A stretch of 64,000 nt of DNA from Pseudomonadota bacterium (GCA_021325135.1 JAJPHT010000029.1:32001-96000), one strand, 5' to 3'. Shown: positions 44,621 to 53,662, counted from the first letter of the stretch. Program-made: numbers and translations. The notes: generated from the sequence alone by a model not told the origin.

Positions 44621-45811
44621 TCACTCACGTTCGACCATCGCGCTGACCGCGTTCCCGCCGCCCAGGCAGAGCGTGGCGACGCCGCGGTGCTTGCCGGTGC
44701 GCTTCAGGTTGTGGAGGAGCGTGGTCAGCACGCGAGCGCCGGATGCGCCCAGCGGGTGGCCCAGCGCGACCGCGCCGCCGCTGACGTTGAACCGCTCGGC
44801 GGGGACGTGGAGCGCGCTCATGACGGCGCAGGAGGCCGTGGCGAAGGCCTCGTTGTGCTCGACGAGGTCCACCTGCTCCATCTTGACGCCGGTCTTCTGG
44901 AGGAGCTTCTCGACGCTGGGGATGGGCGCGGCCATGACGCGCATGGGGGCGACGCCCGCGGTGGTGAAGCCCACGAGGCGCGCCTGCACCTCCAGGCCGT
45001 GCTCGCGCGCCGCCTTGCGGCTGGCGACCACCAGGGCCGAGGCGCCGTCGCTCATCTGGCTCGCGTTGCCGGCGGTGACCATGCCGTCCTTCCGGAAGGC
45101 GCCCTTGAGCCGCGCGAGCCCCTCGGGCGTGGTGTCGGCGCGGATGCCCTCGTCCTGCGTGACCAGCGAGGTCTGCCCCTTGCCGGCGGCGACGGGGACG
45201 GGCACGATCTCGTCCTTGAACCAGCCCGACGCGGTGGCGTGCGCGGCCTTGCGGTGGCTCTGCGCGGCGAACTCGTCGGCCTGCTGGCGCGTGACGTGGA
45301 ACTCCTCGGCGACGACCTCGCCCGTCTCGCCCATGGCGACCTCACTGTACGCGTCCATGAGGCCGTCGTGGTAGAGCGCGTCGACGAACGTCGCGTCGCC
45401 GTACTTGTAGCCGAAGCGCGCGCGGGGCACCAGGTAGGGGGCGCCGCTCATGCTCTCCATGCCGCCCGCGAGCACGATGCTGGATTCGCCGGCGCGGATG
45501 GCGTTGGCCGCCAGGGAGACGGCCTTCAGCGACGAGCCGCAGACCTTGTTGACGGTGAGCGCCGCGACGGAGTCGGGGAGGCCCGCCTTGAGGGCGGCCT
45601 GGCGCGCGGGGTTCTGGCCGGCCCCCGCCTGCACGACCTGGCCCATGACGACCTCCTCCACGAGGCGCGCGTCGAGCCCCGAGCGCGCAAGGGACTCCTT
45701 CAGCGCGAGGGCGCCCAGCGCGACCGCGGAGAGGTCCTTGAACGCGCCGCCGAACTTCCCGATGGGCGTGCGGACGCTGGAGGCGAGGACGACGTCCTCA
45801 GACGAGGCCAT
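44621..45811 (-). CDS. acetyl-CoA C-acyltransferase (thiolase)
   Basis: VRTPIGKFGG, GQNPARQA, TVNKVCGSSL, TAGNASQMSDGA, NEAFA, GHPLGASG, CLGGGN. Confidence 0.95.
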   Translation of the reverse strand: MASSEDVVLASSVRTPIGKFGGAFKDLSAVALGALALKESLARSGLDARLVEEVVMGQVVQAGAGQNPARQAALKAGLPDSVAALTVNKVCGSSLKAVSLAANAIRAGESSIVLAGGMESMSGAPYLVPRARFGYKYGDATFVDALYHDGLMDAYSEVAMGETGEVVAEEFHVTRQQADEFAAQSHRKAAHATASGWFKDEIVPVPVAAGKGQTSLVTQDEGIRADTTPEGLARLKGAFRKDGMVTAGNASQMSDGASALVVASRKAAREHGLEVQARLVGFTTAGVAPMRVMAAPIPSVEKLLQKTGVKMEQVDLVEHNEAFATASCAVMSALHVPAERFNVSGGAVALGHPLGASGARVLTTLLHNLKRTGKHRGVATLCLGGGNAVSAMVERE

Positions 45812-45889
45812 GATGGCGGATGGCAGGGTCCCCCCGAAAAAGGTTCCCCCCACCGCAAGCGTGAAGGCCCACGCCTCGCGTCCAGCGGC

Positions 45890-46630
45890 GTGCCCCCGCG
45901 AGGCTTCGTCTCCTTCTTCGGCTGGTTCAAGACGACGCCCGGCTGGGCGTGGCTCATCGCCGCCATCAACCTCGTGGGCATCGCCTACGGCTTCTACTAT
46001 TACCGCGTCCAGTTCGCGGGCACGCCCCTCTGGCTCTGGCCCTTCGTGCCCGACAGCCCGCTTGCGGTCCTCTGGGCCGAGCTGGCGCTCCTGGCGTACT
46101 GGCTGAAGCGCCGCCCCGGCTGGCTCGACGCGCTGGCCTTCGTGGGCAACGTGCAGGTGGGCCTCTGGACGTGCTACGTGCTCCTCGCCTACGCGCCCTA
46201 CATGGGCACGTTCGACACCGAGACGTGGCCCGGCGGCTTCCAGGGACCCTCCCTCAACGCGGTCCTCCTCGTGGGCCACTTCGGCATGGCGGTGCTGGGG
46301 CTGATCTTCCTGGCGGGCCTGCGCGCCGAGGCGCTGCGCAGCCGCGCCCGCGTCGCGTGGGCCCTGGGGATCGCGGCGGCGTACTACCTGGTGAACGACG
46401 CGCTGGACTACTTCGGCCCGGACTACGGCCTCACCAACGTCGGAAGCGGCTGCGGCCTGCGCCCCTACACCGTGCCCTGCCTTCCGGGCGCCCCCGAGAC
46501 GGCCCTCACGCTGGTGACCTTCGGGTTGACGCTTGCCGGACTCGTCGCGCTCTGGCTGGTCGTCTGGCCGCGGGGAGCGCGCGCCGCCGACCGCGCCGCG
46601 GAGCCCGTCGCCTCGACGCGGCAGCCTTAG
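45890..46630 (+). CDS. DUF1405-like membrane protein
   Basis: INLVGIAYGFYYY..Q...TP..LWPFVPDSPLA, H..M, ND.LDY motifs; multiple TM segments. Confidence 0.75.
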   Translation: MPPRGFVSFFGWFKTTPGWAWLIAAINLVGIAYGFYYYRVQFAGTPLWLWPFVPDSPLAVLWAELALLAYWLKRRPGWLDALAFVGNVQVGLWTCYVLLAYAPYMGTFDTETWPGGFQGPSLNAVLLVGHFGMAVLGLIFLAGLRAEALRSRARVAWALGIAAAYYLVNDALDYFGPDYGLTNVGSGCGLRPYTVPCLPGAPETALTLVTFGLTLAGLVALWLVVWPRGARAADRAAEPVASTRQP

Positions 46631-46822
46631 AATCGGGATTCAGCGTTGGACGAACAAGGGTATCTCGCCACGGGGAGTCCTTCCCTTGCCGAGACGGCGC
46701 GACGGTCGACCTCGCCTCAGAAGCCTCCTCGCTCCAAATCGTGGGGCCGACTGACGCTCGCCTCGACAGGCCTCCTGCGCCTGAAGCCAGTTCCGGGACC
46801 CGACAAGCGGGTCGTGGGAACC

Positions 46823-46892
46823 CGCCATCCGCAAGCCCCGCGATGCCTCCTGGGGGATTATGGGAGGCATCGCGGTGGGTGGCGTCCTTTTT
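46823..46892. terminator. long stem-loop followed by a T tract
   Basis: CCGCGATGCCTCC (46838-46850) pairs perfectly with GGAGGCATCGCGG (46863-46875); outer CGCCATCC/GGGTGGCG pairing; then CCTTTTT. Confidence 0.45.
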
Positions 46893-46966
46893 GTGACCTT
46901 GGTGACAAGCGCGCGCTTTCACGCCGCGGGGCGGCTCTTTCGCCCATGGCCGGGAGACGCGCGCGG

Positions 46967-47665
46967 ATGCCCTGGTCGCGCGAGCCCGCGGAGCCCGAGC
47001 AGGTCGCGCCGCCCGCGCCGCCCCTTCCCCGCCCCCCGGCGGCTCCCCACCACTGGCTCACCGTCCTCGTCGCGCGCCCTGGCCCCGAGGGTCCCCTGCC
47101 CGTGGCGGACGCGCGCGTCGTCATCCGCCCCTTCCCCCTGGGCGCGCCGAAGCCCGGAGAGCCCATGGCGCGCGCCGCCACCGGCCCCGAAGGCACCGTG
47201 GCGCTGCTCCTCCCCGCGGGTCGCTACGCCGTGAGCGCGCGCCATGCGGGCGAAGGCCGCGCCGTCACCGTCACGCTGGAGCACGCGGGCCGCGCGCTCC
47301 TGGTCCTGGAGGCCTTGGGCAAGCGCGTCGTCCTCACCGTGGAGGTCAGCGGCCCCGACGGAGGTGCCTTGCCCGGCGCGCCCGTGGAGGTGCGCAGCGC
47401 GCCGGCCGGCACGCTCGCCGCGCGCGGCGCGACCGACGAGCGCGGCGTCGCCACGCTGCACCTCCCCCCGGGCGCCTACGAGGTGCGCGTCGGCGCGGCC
47501 CGGGCGCGCACGTTCGTGGAGACGGATACGCTGCTGCGCCTCGCGGCCGAGGCCGCGCCCGCGCCGCAGCCGGTGGCCAGCCGCTACGCGCAGAAGGCGC
47601 GCGCCGCCACCAGCTACGTCGCCCCCTTCAGCGCCGAGCACGTGCGCGACGACGTGTGGAACTGA
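46967..47665 (+). CDS. protein with two carboxypeptidase-regulatory-like (transthyretin-fold) repeats
   Basis: Two repeats LTV.V....G.P...A.V.......T...G...L.LP.G.Y.V; no signal peptide; the start could also be 46946. Confidence 0.7.
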   Translation: MPWSREPAEPEQVAPPAPPLPRPPAAPHHWLTVLVARPGPEGPLPVADARVVIRPFPLGAPKPGEPMARAATGPEGTVALLLPAGRYAVSARHAGEGRAVTVTLEHAGRALLVLEALGKRVVLTVEVSGPDGGALPGAPVEVRSAPAGTLAARGATDERGVATLHLPPGAYEVRVGAARARTFVETDTLLRLAAEAAPAPQPVASRYAQKARAATSYVAPFSAEHVRDDVWN

Positions 47666-47671
47666 GGAATG

Positions 47672-49135
47672 CTATCGCCGCTCCGTCGCGCGCCTCGCGT
47701 CGCGGACCGCCTGCTGGACGCGGGGCTTGGCGCGCAGCTCGCGGTACTCGTCCTCCTCCTCGATCTCGAAGACCATCTCGGGGCTCTTGCGCAGCGCGGC
47801 CACGATGGCGCCTTGCGCCTCGTCTGAGGAGGAGTCGAAGCGCAGCAGGAGGCGCGCGAGGAGGATCTCGCCTTCGCCGTCGTCGCCCGCCTCGGCGGCG
47901 CGGCGGTAGGCGTCCAGCGCCTCGTCCACGCGGCCGGAGGACTCCAGGATGGTGCCGCGGTCCGCCAGGAGGCGCGGGTGGCGCGGCACCATGGCGAGGG
48001 CCTGCGTGTTCCAGTCCAGGGCGAGGCCCCACGCGCCCTGCTCGATGGCGCGCTCGGAGAGGTCCATGCACTGCTCCACGGTGAGGCCCGGCCTGCGCGC
48101 GAAGCGGCGGACGCCCCACGCGGCCGCGCCCGCCGCCAGCACCGTGCCCCCCACCAGGAGGGCGGCGGTCGCGGGGAAGGGCGACCCTTCGGGAGAGGCG
48201 GGGGCGTAGCGCACGCCCGCGACGGCGGCGTCCCCCTCGATGCGCAGCACGGCGTCGGTCTGCCCCGCGTCGTCCTTCGTGGCGGTGAGGCTCCCTGCGA
48301 GGCGCCCCACGAGGCGCGTGGGCCCGTCGGTGACGCCCTGCTGGTCGCCCACCTGGAGCTGGCCCCCGGTGGCGTCCGCGCCCACGGCGCCGCACTGCGC
48401 GAGGAGGACCTGCGTCGAGGCGGCGGCGAGGGGCACGCGCGTGTCCAGGGTGAGCGACGCGTTGCGCATGGTGAGGGTGGCCCAGGAGTCGTGGTACTGG
48501 CCCAGGGGCCCCGCGTCGCCGGTGCGCCCCGTGTCCACGAAGGAGAGGTTCTCCCGCGCCTGGAGGGAGAGGTTGAGCCCCTGGAGCTTCACGACGAGGT
48601 CGCCGTCGAGGCGCACGCGCCCCCCCACCTCGTAGGCCAGCGTCGGGCCCAGCACGCGCAGGGCGAAGTAGTTCGCATCGGGCTGGGGCGCCGCCTCGGG
48701 CGTCACGCTGTCCATGCCGACGATGGTCTGCGCGAGGGGGCTCCACGAGACGTTCCCCGCCTCCAGGGGATGCAGGCTGGTCCCGGGCGCGTCGTACACG
48801 CCCATCCAGCCGTCGGGCCAGGGCGCGAGGTCGCGCAGCGAGCCGCGCACGTCGTGGACCTCGTAGCTGCGCTCCTGCATGGGCTGGTTGGGCGGCGTCA
48901 CGATGAGGCTGCCCACGCGCTGGTTGGCCTTGTCGAACCAGTCGACGTCCACCGTGGAGGCGGTGAAGGTCCAGGAGCGCAGCCCCTGGAACCCGCCCAC
49001 GTAGGCCGCCTGGGGGTGGGCCGTGAAGAGGGCCTCGTCCGCGTCGGCGTGCCGGACCGTGAGGGTGCCCGCGACGCTCGCCGCTGATCCCGTGGGGACC
49101 AGCAGGACGAGGAGCAGCACCGCCCAGGCCTTCAC
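47672..49135 (-). CDS. single-pass membrane protein with extracellular beta domain and cytoplasmic TPR repeats
   Basis: GTG start, signal peptide (M)KAWAVLLLVLLVPTGSAA; TM ALLVGGTVLAAGAAAWGV followed by RRFARR; TPR pattern AL...P.HP.LLA.RG.IL...GR.DEAL..Y.RA. Confidence 0.8.
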   Translation of the reverse strand: MKAWAVLLLVLLVPTGSAASVAGTLTVRHADADEALFTAHPQAAYVGGFQGLRSWTFTASTVDVDWFDKANQRVGSLIVTPPNQPMQERSYEVHDVRGSLRDLAPWPDGWMGVYDAPGTSLHPLEAGNVSWSPLAQTIVGMDSVTPEAAPQPDANYFALRVLGPTLAYEVGGRVRLDGDLVVKLQGLNLSLQARENLSFVDTGRTGDAGPLGQYHDSWATLTMRNASLTLDTRVPLAAASTQVLLAQCGAVGADATGGQLQVGDQQGVTDGPTRLVGRLAGSLTATKDDAGQTDAVLRIEGDAAVAGVRYAPASPEGSPFPATAALLVGGTVLAAGAAAWGVRRFARRPGLTVEQCMDLSERAIEQGAWGLALDWNTQALAMVPRHPRLLADRGTILESSGRVDEALDAYRRAAEAGDDGEGEILLARLLLRFDSSSDEAQGAIVAALRKSPEMVFEIEEEDEYRELRAKPRVQQAVRDARRATERR

Positions 49136-49219
49136 GGGCCGCGCATCCCCGGATTCACGCTTGGCGTTTCCCGTCGCCGGGCCACCCAATCCGGCCCGGC
49201 TCCCGGGGCGCTTGCGGTT

Positions 49220-49274
49220 TAGTCTGGAGATTGCCTCGCGATATCCAGACTATCGCGGCGGCCCTATCGCGGCG
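49220..49274. promoter_or_regulatory. operator-like dyad plus direct repeat in the divergent promoter region
   Basis: TAGTCTGGAGAT-N9-ATATCCAGACTA (11/12 inverted match); CTATCGCGGCG at 49250 and again at 49264. Confidence 0.6.
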
Positions 49275-49303
49275 CGAGGAGCGGAGGGCGCGAGGTTCCC
49301 ACC

Positions 49304-49483
49304 TTGCGACCTTCGACCCTTGTGATGCTGGCCCTGTCCCTCTGCCTCGTCGGCCTCGGCGCGGAGCCCGTGGCCCTCGCCGACCCCTCGGACCTGCCTC
49401 CCCAGGACACGCCCTGCGTCTCCGTCAACGCGAGCGTCTTCCCCCCGGAGATCCACGAGGCCCCCTGCCCCGTCCTCGGCTGA
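49304..49483 (+). CDS. small secreted peptide (59 aa, one Cys pair in mature part); not in the supplied ORF track
   Basis: TTG start 7 nt after GAGGT; (M)RPSTLVMLALSLCLVGLGAEPVALA-DPSDLPPQDTPCVSVNASVFPPEIHEAPCPVLG; nearly all codons end in C/G. Confidence 0.7.
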   Translation: MRPSTLVMLALSLCLVGLGAEPVALADPSDLPPQDTPCVSVNASVFPPEIHEAPCPVLG

Positions 49484-49527
49484 AGGCAAGGACAGCCTTC
49501 ATGCGAGGGGCGGCCCTTCGGCCCGGC

Positions 49528-50106
49528 ATGGCCTGGTTCGACGGCGGCGCCGTGGAGACGCTGGCCCGCGCGGGGGGCGCGCTCGCCTCCTCCGCCCTTC
49601 TCCTGGGCCGCCGCCCCCTGGGGCCCGAGCGCGTCCTGGAGAGCCCGGTCCGCCAGCAGATCCTCGCCCGCGCGCGGGCGACGCCGGGCCTCTCGCTCAT
49701 GGAGCTGCGCCGCGTCATGGGGCTGGGGTGGGGCAACCTGTACCACCACCTCAAGCGCCTGGAGAAGGCGGGGCTCGTGGAGACGCGCGCCGCCGGGCGG
49801 CAATGCCTGGTGTTCCCCACGGGGAGCCGCGGCACGGAGTCGCACCAGCGCGCCTCCATGCTGCGCGGCGCGACCGCGCGCTGGGTCGCGGGCTACGTCC
49901 TCGCGCACCCAGGCTGCGACTTCGCGGACCTGCTCAAGGACGCGCCCGTGGAGCAGCGCACCGTCTACTACCACGTCCAGCGCCTCCAGCGCGCGAAGCT
50001 CATCCGCGCCGGCAGCCGCAGCCGCTACTTCGACCTGCGCCCCGCCGACGACCTGGCGGACTGCCTCGCCCGGGTCACCCCGGGTGACCAGGGCCCAAAG
50101 GCTTGA
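49528..50106 (+). CDS. tandem winged-helix transcriptional regulator
   Basis: VLESPVRQQIL....TPGL...ELRR..GLGWGNLYHHLKRLEKAGLV and a second wHTH HPG....L......RTVYYHVQRL; the start may be 49501. Confidence 0.8.
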   Translation: MAWFDGGAVETLARAGGALASSALLLGRRPLGPERVLESPVRQQILARARATPGLSLMELRRVMGLGWGNLYHHLKRLEKAGLVETRAAGRQCLVFPTGSRGTESHQRASMLRGATARWVAGYVLAHPGCDFADLLKDAPVEQRTVYYHVQRLQRAKLIRAGSRSRYFDLRPADDLADCLARVTPGDQGPKA

Positions 50107-50131
50107 ACGCGGGCCCCCCGTTCGCGCCCCC

Positions 50132-51184
50132 ATGGGCAAGGACGAGCCCCTGACCTACGCCGGCTCGGGCGTCGACATCAAGGCCAAGGACGAGGCCGCC
50201 AAGGCCATGGTGGGCCTCCTCTCCTACGCGCGCACCGGCATGGGGCGCCCCCTGGGCGGCGCGGGCCACTTCGCCGGCATGGTGGAGTTCGGCGAGCACG
50301 CCCTCGTCCTGGCCACCGACGGCGTGGGCACCAAGCTGGAGATCGCCAACGCGCTCCGCAAGTGGGACACCGTGGGGATCGACTGCGTGGCCATGAACGT
50401 CAACGACGCCGTGTGCGTGGGCGCCGAGCCCATCGCGTTCGTGGACTACCTCGCCATCGACAAGCCCGACCCGCACCTCGTCGCGGAGCTGGCCAAGGGC
50501 CTCAACGAGGGCGCGCGCCAGAGCAACATGACCGTCGTGGGGGGCGAGACGGCCGTCCTCCCCTCGCTCGTGAAGGGCTTCGACCTCGCCGGCACCGTGC
50601 TGGGCGTCGTGCGCAAGGACCGCATCGTCAGCGGCGAGCGCATCGCCCCTGGTGATATCATGGTGGGCGTCGCCTCCAGCGGCGTCCACAGCAACGGGTA
50701 CACGCTGGTGCGCCGCGCCATGGAGCGCGCGGGCGTCAAGCTCTCCGACAAGCTCCCCTCCGGGGGCACCGTGGGCGAGGCGCTCCTCACGCCCACGCGC
50801 ATCTACGTCAAGGCCGTGCTGGAATTGCTGGAGGCGCTCCCCCACGGCGCGGTCCACGGCATCAGCCACGTCACCGGCTCGGGGCTCCTCAACGTCCCGC
50901 GCCTCAAGAAGGACGTGCGCTACGTCCTCGACGCGCCGCTGCCCGTCCCCGCGATCCTCCGCGAGGTGCAGCGCTGGGGCGGCGTCGCCGAGGACGAGAT
51001 GTGGCGCACCTTCAACATGGGCATGGGCCTCTGCGTCCTCGTCGCGCCCGAGCACGCCGAGCGCGCCGTCGCCCTCCTCGCGAAGCACTTCCCCGCGCAG
51101 CGCGTGGGGCGCGTCGAGGCCGGGAGCGGGATCAGCGTGCCCTCCTTCGGCGTGGAATTGACCGGGGCGAAGGCGCAGTTCTGA
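50132..51184 (+). CDS. purM: phosphoribosylformylglycinamidine cyclo-ligase (AIR synthetase)
   Basis: TYAGSGVDI, TDGVGTK, GIDCVAMNVND, GGETA, SSGVHSNGY, HVTG, TFNMGMG. Confidence 0.96.
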   Translation: MGKDEPLTYAGSGVDIKAKDEAAKAMVGLLSYARTGMGRPLGGAGHFAGMVEFGEHALVLATDGVGTKLEIANALRKWDTVGIDCVAMNVNDAVCVGAEPIAFVDYLAIDKPDPHLVAELAKGLNEGARQSNMTVVGGETAVLPSLVKGFDLAGTVLGVVRKDRIVSGERIAPGDIMVGVASSGVHSNGYTLVRRAMERAGVKLSDKLPSGGTVGEALLTPTRIYVKAVLELLEALPHGAVHGISHVTGSGLLNVPRLKKDVRYVLDAPLPVPAILREVQRWGGVAEDEMWRTFNMGMGLCVLVAPEHAERAVALLAKHFPAQRVGRVEAGSGISVPSFGVELTGAKAQF

Positions 51185-51324
51185 GGCCCCTCGCGGCGCC
51201 GCAAAACGTTCATGTAGCCCCCTCGTGTAGACAGGCCCGCCGCCAGGGCACGGCGAAGCCGCTCCGGAATCCCCCGAAGCCGACCGAGCCGCAGGGGCCC
51301 TGGCCGCGAAGGAGACTGGTTGCA

Positions 51325-52212
51325 TTGGCCACGCAGGAGCGCCTGCTCGAGCTGGAAGAGATCGCGCTGGACCTTCGGCGCACCATCATCGACATGATCT
51401 ACGAGGCGGGCTCGGGGCACCCGGGCGGCTCGCTGGGCATCATCGACGTGATGACGTGCCTCTATTATGAGCAGATGCGGCACGACCCGCAGAACCCCAA
51501 GTGGGAGAAGCGCGACCGGCTCATCATGAGCAAGGGCCACTGCTGCCCCGCGCTCTACGCGCTGCTCGCGAAGCAGGGCTACTTCCCCGAGGAGTGGCTG
51601 AAGACGCTGCGCAAGATCAACAGCCGGCTCCAGGGGCACCCCGACATCAACAAGACGCCCGGCGTGGAGTTCAACGGCGGCAGCGAGGGGCAGGGCCTCT
51701 CGGGTGCCGTGGGCATGGCCCTCGCGGGGAAGATCGACGGCTCGCGCCACCGCATCTACTGCATCATCGGCGATGGCGAGAACCAGTGCGGGCAGATCTG
51801 GGAGGCCGCCATGGCCGCCTCGCACTACCGCCTGGACAACCTCGTGGGCATCCTGGACCGCAACGGCCTCCAGATCGACGGCCCCACCGAAGAGATCATG
51901 AGCGTCGAGCCCGCGGCCGAGCGCTGGCGCGCCTTCGGCTGGCACGTCCTGGAGATCGACGGCCACAACTACGAGGAGATCCTCAGCGCGCTGGAGAAGG
52001 CCAGCCGCGTCACCGGGAAGCCCACCATGATCATCGCGCACACCGTGAAGGGCAAGGGCGTCTCCTACATGGAGGGCACGCTCTCCTTCCACGGCAAGGC
52101 GCCCAGCAAGGACGAACTGGTGAAGGCGCACACGGAGTTCGACATCAGCAAGCGCCGCCTGGAGGCCCGCAAGCAGCAGGCCATGGCCGCCGCGCCCTCG
52201 GGGGGTGCGTGA
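51325..52212 (+). CDS. transketolase N-terminal (TPP-binding) subunit
   Basis: GSGHPGGSL, RDRLIMSKGH, LQGHP, GDGE...GQIWEA, TVKGKG; TTG start after AAGGAG. Confidence 0.93.
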   Translation: MATQERLLELEEIALDLRRTIIDMIYEAGSGHPGGSLGIIDVMTCLYYEQMRHDPQNPKWEKRDRLIMSKGHCCPALYALLAKQGYFPEEWLKTLRKINSRLQGHPDINKTPGVEFNGGSEGQGLSGAVGMALAGKIDGSRHRIYCIIGDGENQCGQIWEAAMAASHYRLDNLVGILDRNGLQIDGPTEEIMSVEPAAERWRAFGWHVLEIDGHNYEEILSALEKASRVTGKPTMIIAHTVKGKGVSYMEGTLSFHGKAPSKDELVKAHTEFDISKRRLEARKQQAMAAAPSGGA

Positions 52213-53167
52213 TATCACCACCCTCGCCAAGCCCGACCAGCCCAAGATGGCGCTCAAGGACGCCTACTCGCAGGCCCTCGTGGAGCTGGGCCGGACGAAC
52301 CCCAGCGTCGTCGTGCTGGACGCGGACCTTGCGCTCTCCACCAAGACGAAGCGCTTCGGCACCATGTACCCGGACCGCTTCTTCGACATGGGCATCGCGG
52401 AATTGAACCTCATGGGCGTCGCCGCGGGCCTCGCCGCCGCGGGCAAGACCGTCTTCGCCAGCACCTTCGCGGCCTTCGCGACGGGGCAGCCCTACAACGT
52501 CATCCGGCAGAGCATCGCCTACGCGAACCTCAACGTGAAGATCGTCGCGACGCACAGCGGCATCTCGGTGGGCGGCGACGGCGCCACGCACCAGATGCTG
52601 GAGGACGTCTCGCTCATGCGCGGCCTGCCCAACATGCGGGTGTTCGTCCCCGCCGACGGCCCGCAGACGGCGGACATCATCCGCCTCATCGCCGAGAGCC
52701 CCGGCCCGTGCTACGTGCGCCTGCCCCGCGGCGACACGGCGATCCTGCCCGGCGTGTACCCCACGGAGCTTGGGAAGGCCATCACCATCCGCGACGGCCG
52801 TGATATCACCCTCATCGGCTGCGGCACCATGGTGTACGAGACGCTGCGCGCGGCGGACGCCCTCATCGCGGAGGGCGTGGACCCGCGCGTGCTGCTCATC
52901 CACACCATGAAGCCCATCGACCGCGACGCGATCCTCAAGGCGGCGCGCGAGACGAAGGGCATCGTCACCGCGGAGGAGCACTCCTTCTACGGCGGGCTGG
53001 GCAGCGCGGTGTGCGAGGTCGTCTCCGAGAGCCACCCGACGCACGTGCGCCGGATCGGCGTGCGCGACACGTTCGGCGAGTCGGGCGAGGAGCGCGACCT
53101 CATGGAGAAGTACGGCCTCACGTGGCGGCACATCGCGGAGGCGGCGCGAGAGGTGCTGAAGGCCTAA
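52205..53167 (+). CDS. transketolase C-terminal subunit
   Basis: DADL..ST, DMGIAE.N, GGDGATHQ, KPID, EEH...GGLG; overlaps the N-subunit gene; true start uncertain (possibly ATG 52247). Confidence 0.93.
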   Translation: MRDITTLAKPDQPKMALKDAYSQALVELGRTNPSVVVLDADLALSTKTKRFGTMYPDRFFDMGIAELNLMGVAAGLAAAGKTVFASTFAAFATGQPYNVIRQSIAYANLNVKIVATHSGISVGGDGATHQMLEDVSLMRGLPNMRVFVPADGPQTADIIRLIAESPGPCYVRLPRGDTAILPGVYPTELGKAITIRDGRDITLIGCGTMVYETLRAADALIAEGVDPRVLLIHTMKPIDRDAILKAARETKGIVTAEEHSFYGGLGSAVCEVVSESHPTHVRRIGVRDTFGESGEERDLMEKYGLTWRHIAEAAREVLKA

Positions 53168-53239
53168 GAAAAATCGTCGGGAGGCCGCGCCGCAGCGCGG
53201 CCAAAATGGGGGGTTTCAGGGGGGCTCGCCCCCCTGACG

Positions 53240-53623
53240 TCATCGTCTCGTCACCAGCAGGTCCACCCGTCCCGCCGCGTCGGGCGTGCCGGAGACCACG
53301 ATCTTCCAGGCGCCCAGGTCCAGCGGCAGGGAGGCGCTGGTGGTCTGGGTGGTGTGGACGACCTCGTCGCCGTGGGCGTTGTAGACCTGCACGGTGGCGC
53401 TGCCGGCGGTGGCGTTGACCCAGACGTAGATGATGACGCCGGCCATGCTGCCGTCTTCGACGAAGAACTGCTGGGATTGGGGCGCGGCGCGGGCGTCCTC
53501 CAGGGGGAAGCCGCTGGCGAAGAGGGGCTTCTTCATGTAGCCGAAGAGGTCGTCGCGGCTCGCCTTGGCGCCGCAGCCGGCCAGGACGACGGCGACGACG
53601 ACGAGGGCGGTCGCCCATCTCAT
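53240..53623 (-). CDS. small lipoprotein
   Basis: Lipobox MRWATALVVVAVVLAGC; beta-sandwich-like body. Confidence 0.75.
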   Translation of the reverse strand: MRWATALVVVAVVLAGCGAKASRDDLFGYMKKPLFASGFPLEDARAAPQSQQFFVEDGSMAGVIIYVWVNATAGSATVQVYNAHGDEVVHTTQTTSASLPLDLGAWKIVVSGTPDAAGRVDLLVTRR

Positions 53624-53662
53624 GGGGCGGCGGCTCGCCGGAGGCGGCACGGCTTTTTCGGA

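Noticed and set aside
46631-46900. SRP RNA or RNase P RNA
   Set aside because: Neither the SRP helix-8 motif nor the RNase P GAGGAAAGUCC motif is present on either strand; kept only as an unassigned structured region.
51200-51324. TPP riboswitch before transketolase
   Set aside because: Lacks the conserved CUGAGA and CCUGA...UAAU...GCG..GG elements.
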